Assembly (NCBI RefSeq): GCF_009914755.1
Contig: NC_060932.1
Length of the DNA stretch: 64,000 nucleotides
DNA from: the human T2T-CHM13v2.0 reference genome, Homo sapiens
Direction: 5' to 3' (one strand)
Notes under the pieces: generated by a model
Databases searched by the model: none
The model's input: only the letters and a program-made list of their open reading frames with translations
What the model was told of the DNA's origin: nothing
Shown here: piece after piece, positions 63,415-64,000 of the stretch
How positions within the stretch are numbered: the first letter of the stretch is position 1
How the letters are laid out: each line of letters begins with the position of its first letter
Translations under genes and position numbers: made by a program

Positions 63415-64000
63415 GGCTGGAGCCATGAAACTTTAATTCCCAGGCAATGAAAGCTTTTGCACAGGTGAGAGCTTTACTCTCGGCCTTACAACCGAGTCAG
63501 GTCTTACAACCCAAATCCTCCTATTAGCAGCTGCCCAGAAACCGACAGAACCTGGGAGAATAATCTACCCCACTCTGGCCTCTGCCAGAACTTGCCTTTT
63601 CTTCCCAGTCCCCACTCCCAGACTGACACACCCATCCCAACAATGTGTCCACGAAGAAAAACCCTCTTGAAAGGCATGGAGAGCCCCTTTTTAATGTTAC
63701 AGGCATGGCTGTCCTGTAACATTAAAAATATATCCTCCCCTCTCTGGTTGAAGCTGTAATCACCCAGTGACATCATAGTGTAGCCTGGAAAACTAAAAAT
63801 TGAACTAATAACCAAACATCCAGGTTCTAAGATCATCATCCATGCGATACCTGTGAGACCCATGATGTTTCATTAAGCCTCTCTGAGCCTCTCTGGGTCA
63901 TTTGCAAATTGGGCAAAATTGCATTTTCTCCTCTTTTTCCTTCTTTCTCTCTGTCTCAACTGACCACTCTCTTATTCTCTCTGCTTCTGTCTAAGGCCAT

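Overview
Primate (very probably human) repeat-rich genomic DNA with no recognisable host protein-coding exon; it reads as intergenic or deep-intronic, and I cannot name the locus. The dominant feature is a full-length (~6.0 kb) young LINE-1 on the minus strand (44491-50537) with a 10-bp TSD, an intact CpG-rich 5'UTR and ACG/A 3'UTR diagnostics (L1PA2/L1Hs boundary). ORF1 and ORF2 are full length, and each is broken by a single in-frame TGA. The antisense ORF0 (71 aa) is intact. Downstream of the L1 antisense promoter are candidate + strand exons whose phases match the ORF0 splice donors, predicting Cys-rich ORF0 fusion micropeptides; this is inference only. The rest consists of over 25 Alu copies, MaLR and ERV1 solo LTRs, DNA transposon relics (MER30, MER91A, MER53, MER102, MER20, MER82, MER5, MADE1), old L1M/L2/MIR fragments and microsatellites. 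There are also a few unexplained local duplications: a 101-bp segment apparently copied into a MIR from 1.3 kb away, and a 143-bp tandem duplication with a conserved stem. Nearly all short ORFs in the track come from repeats or chance. Repeat subfamily names were recognised by eye, and boundaries without a stated TSD are approximate.
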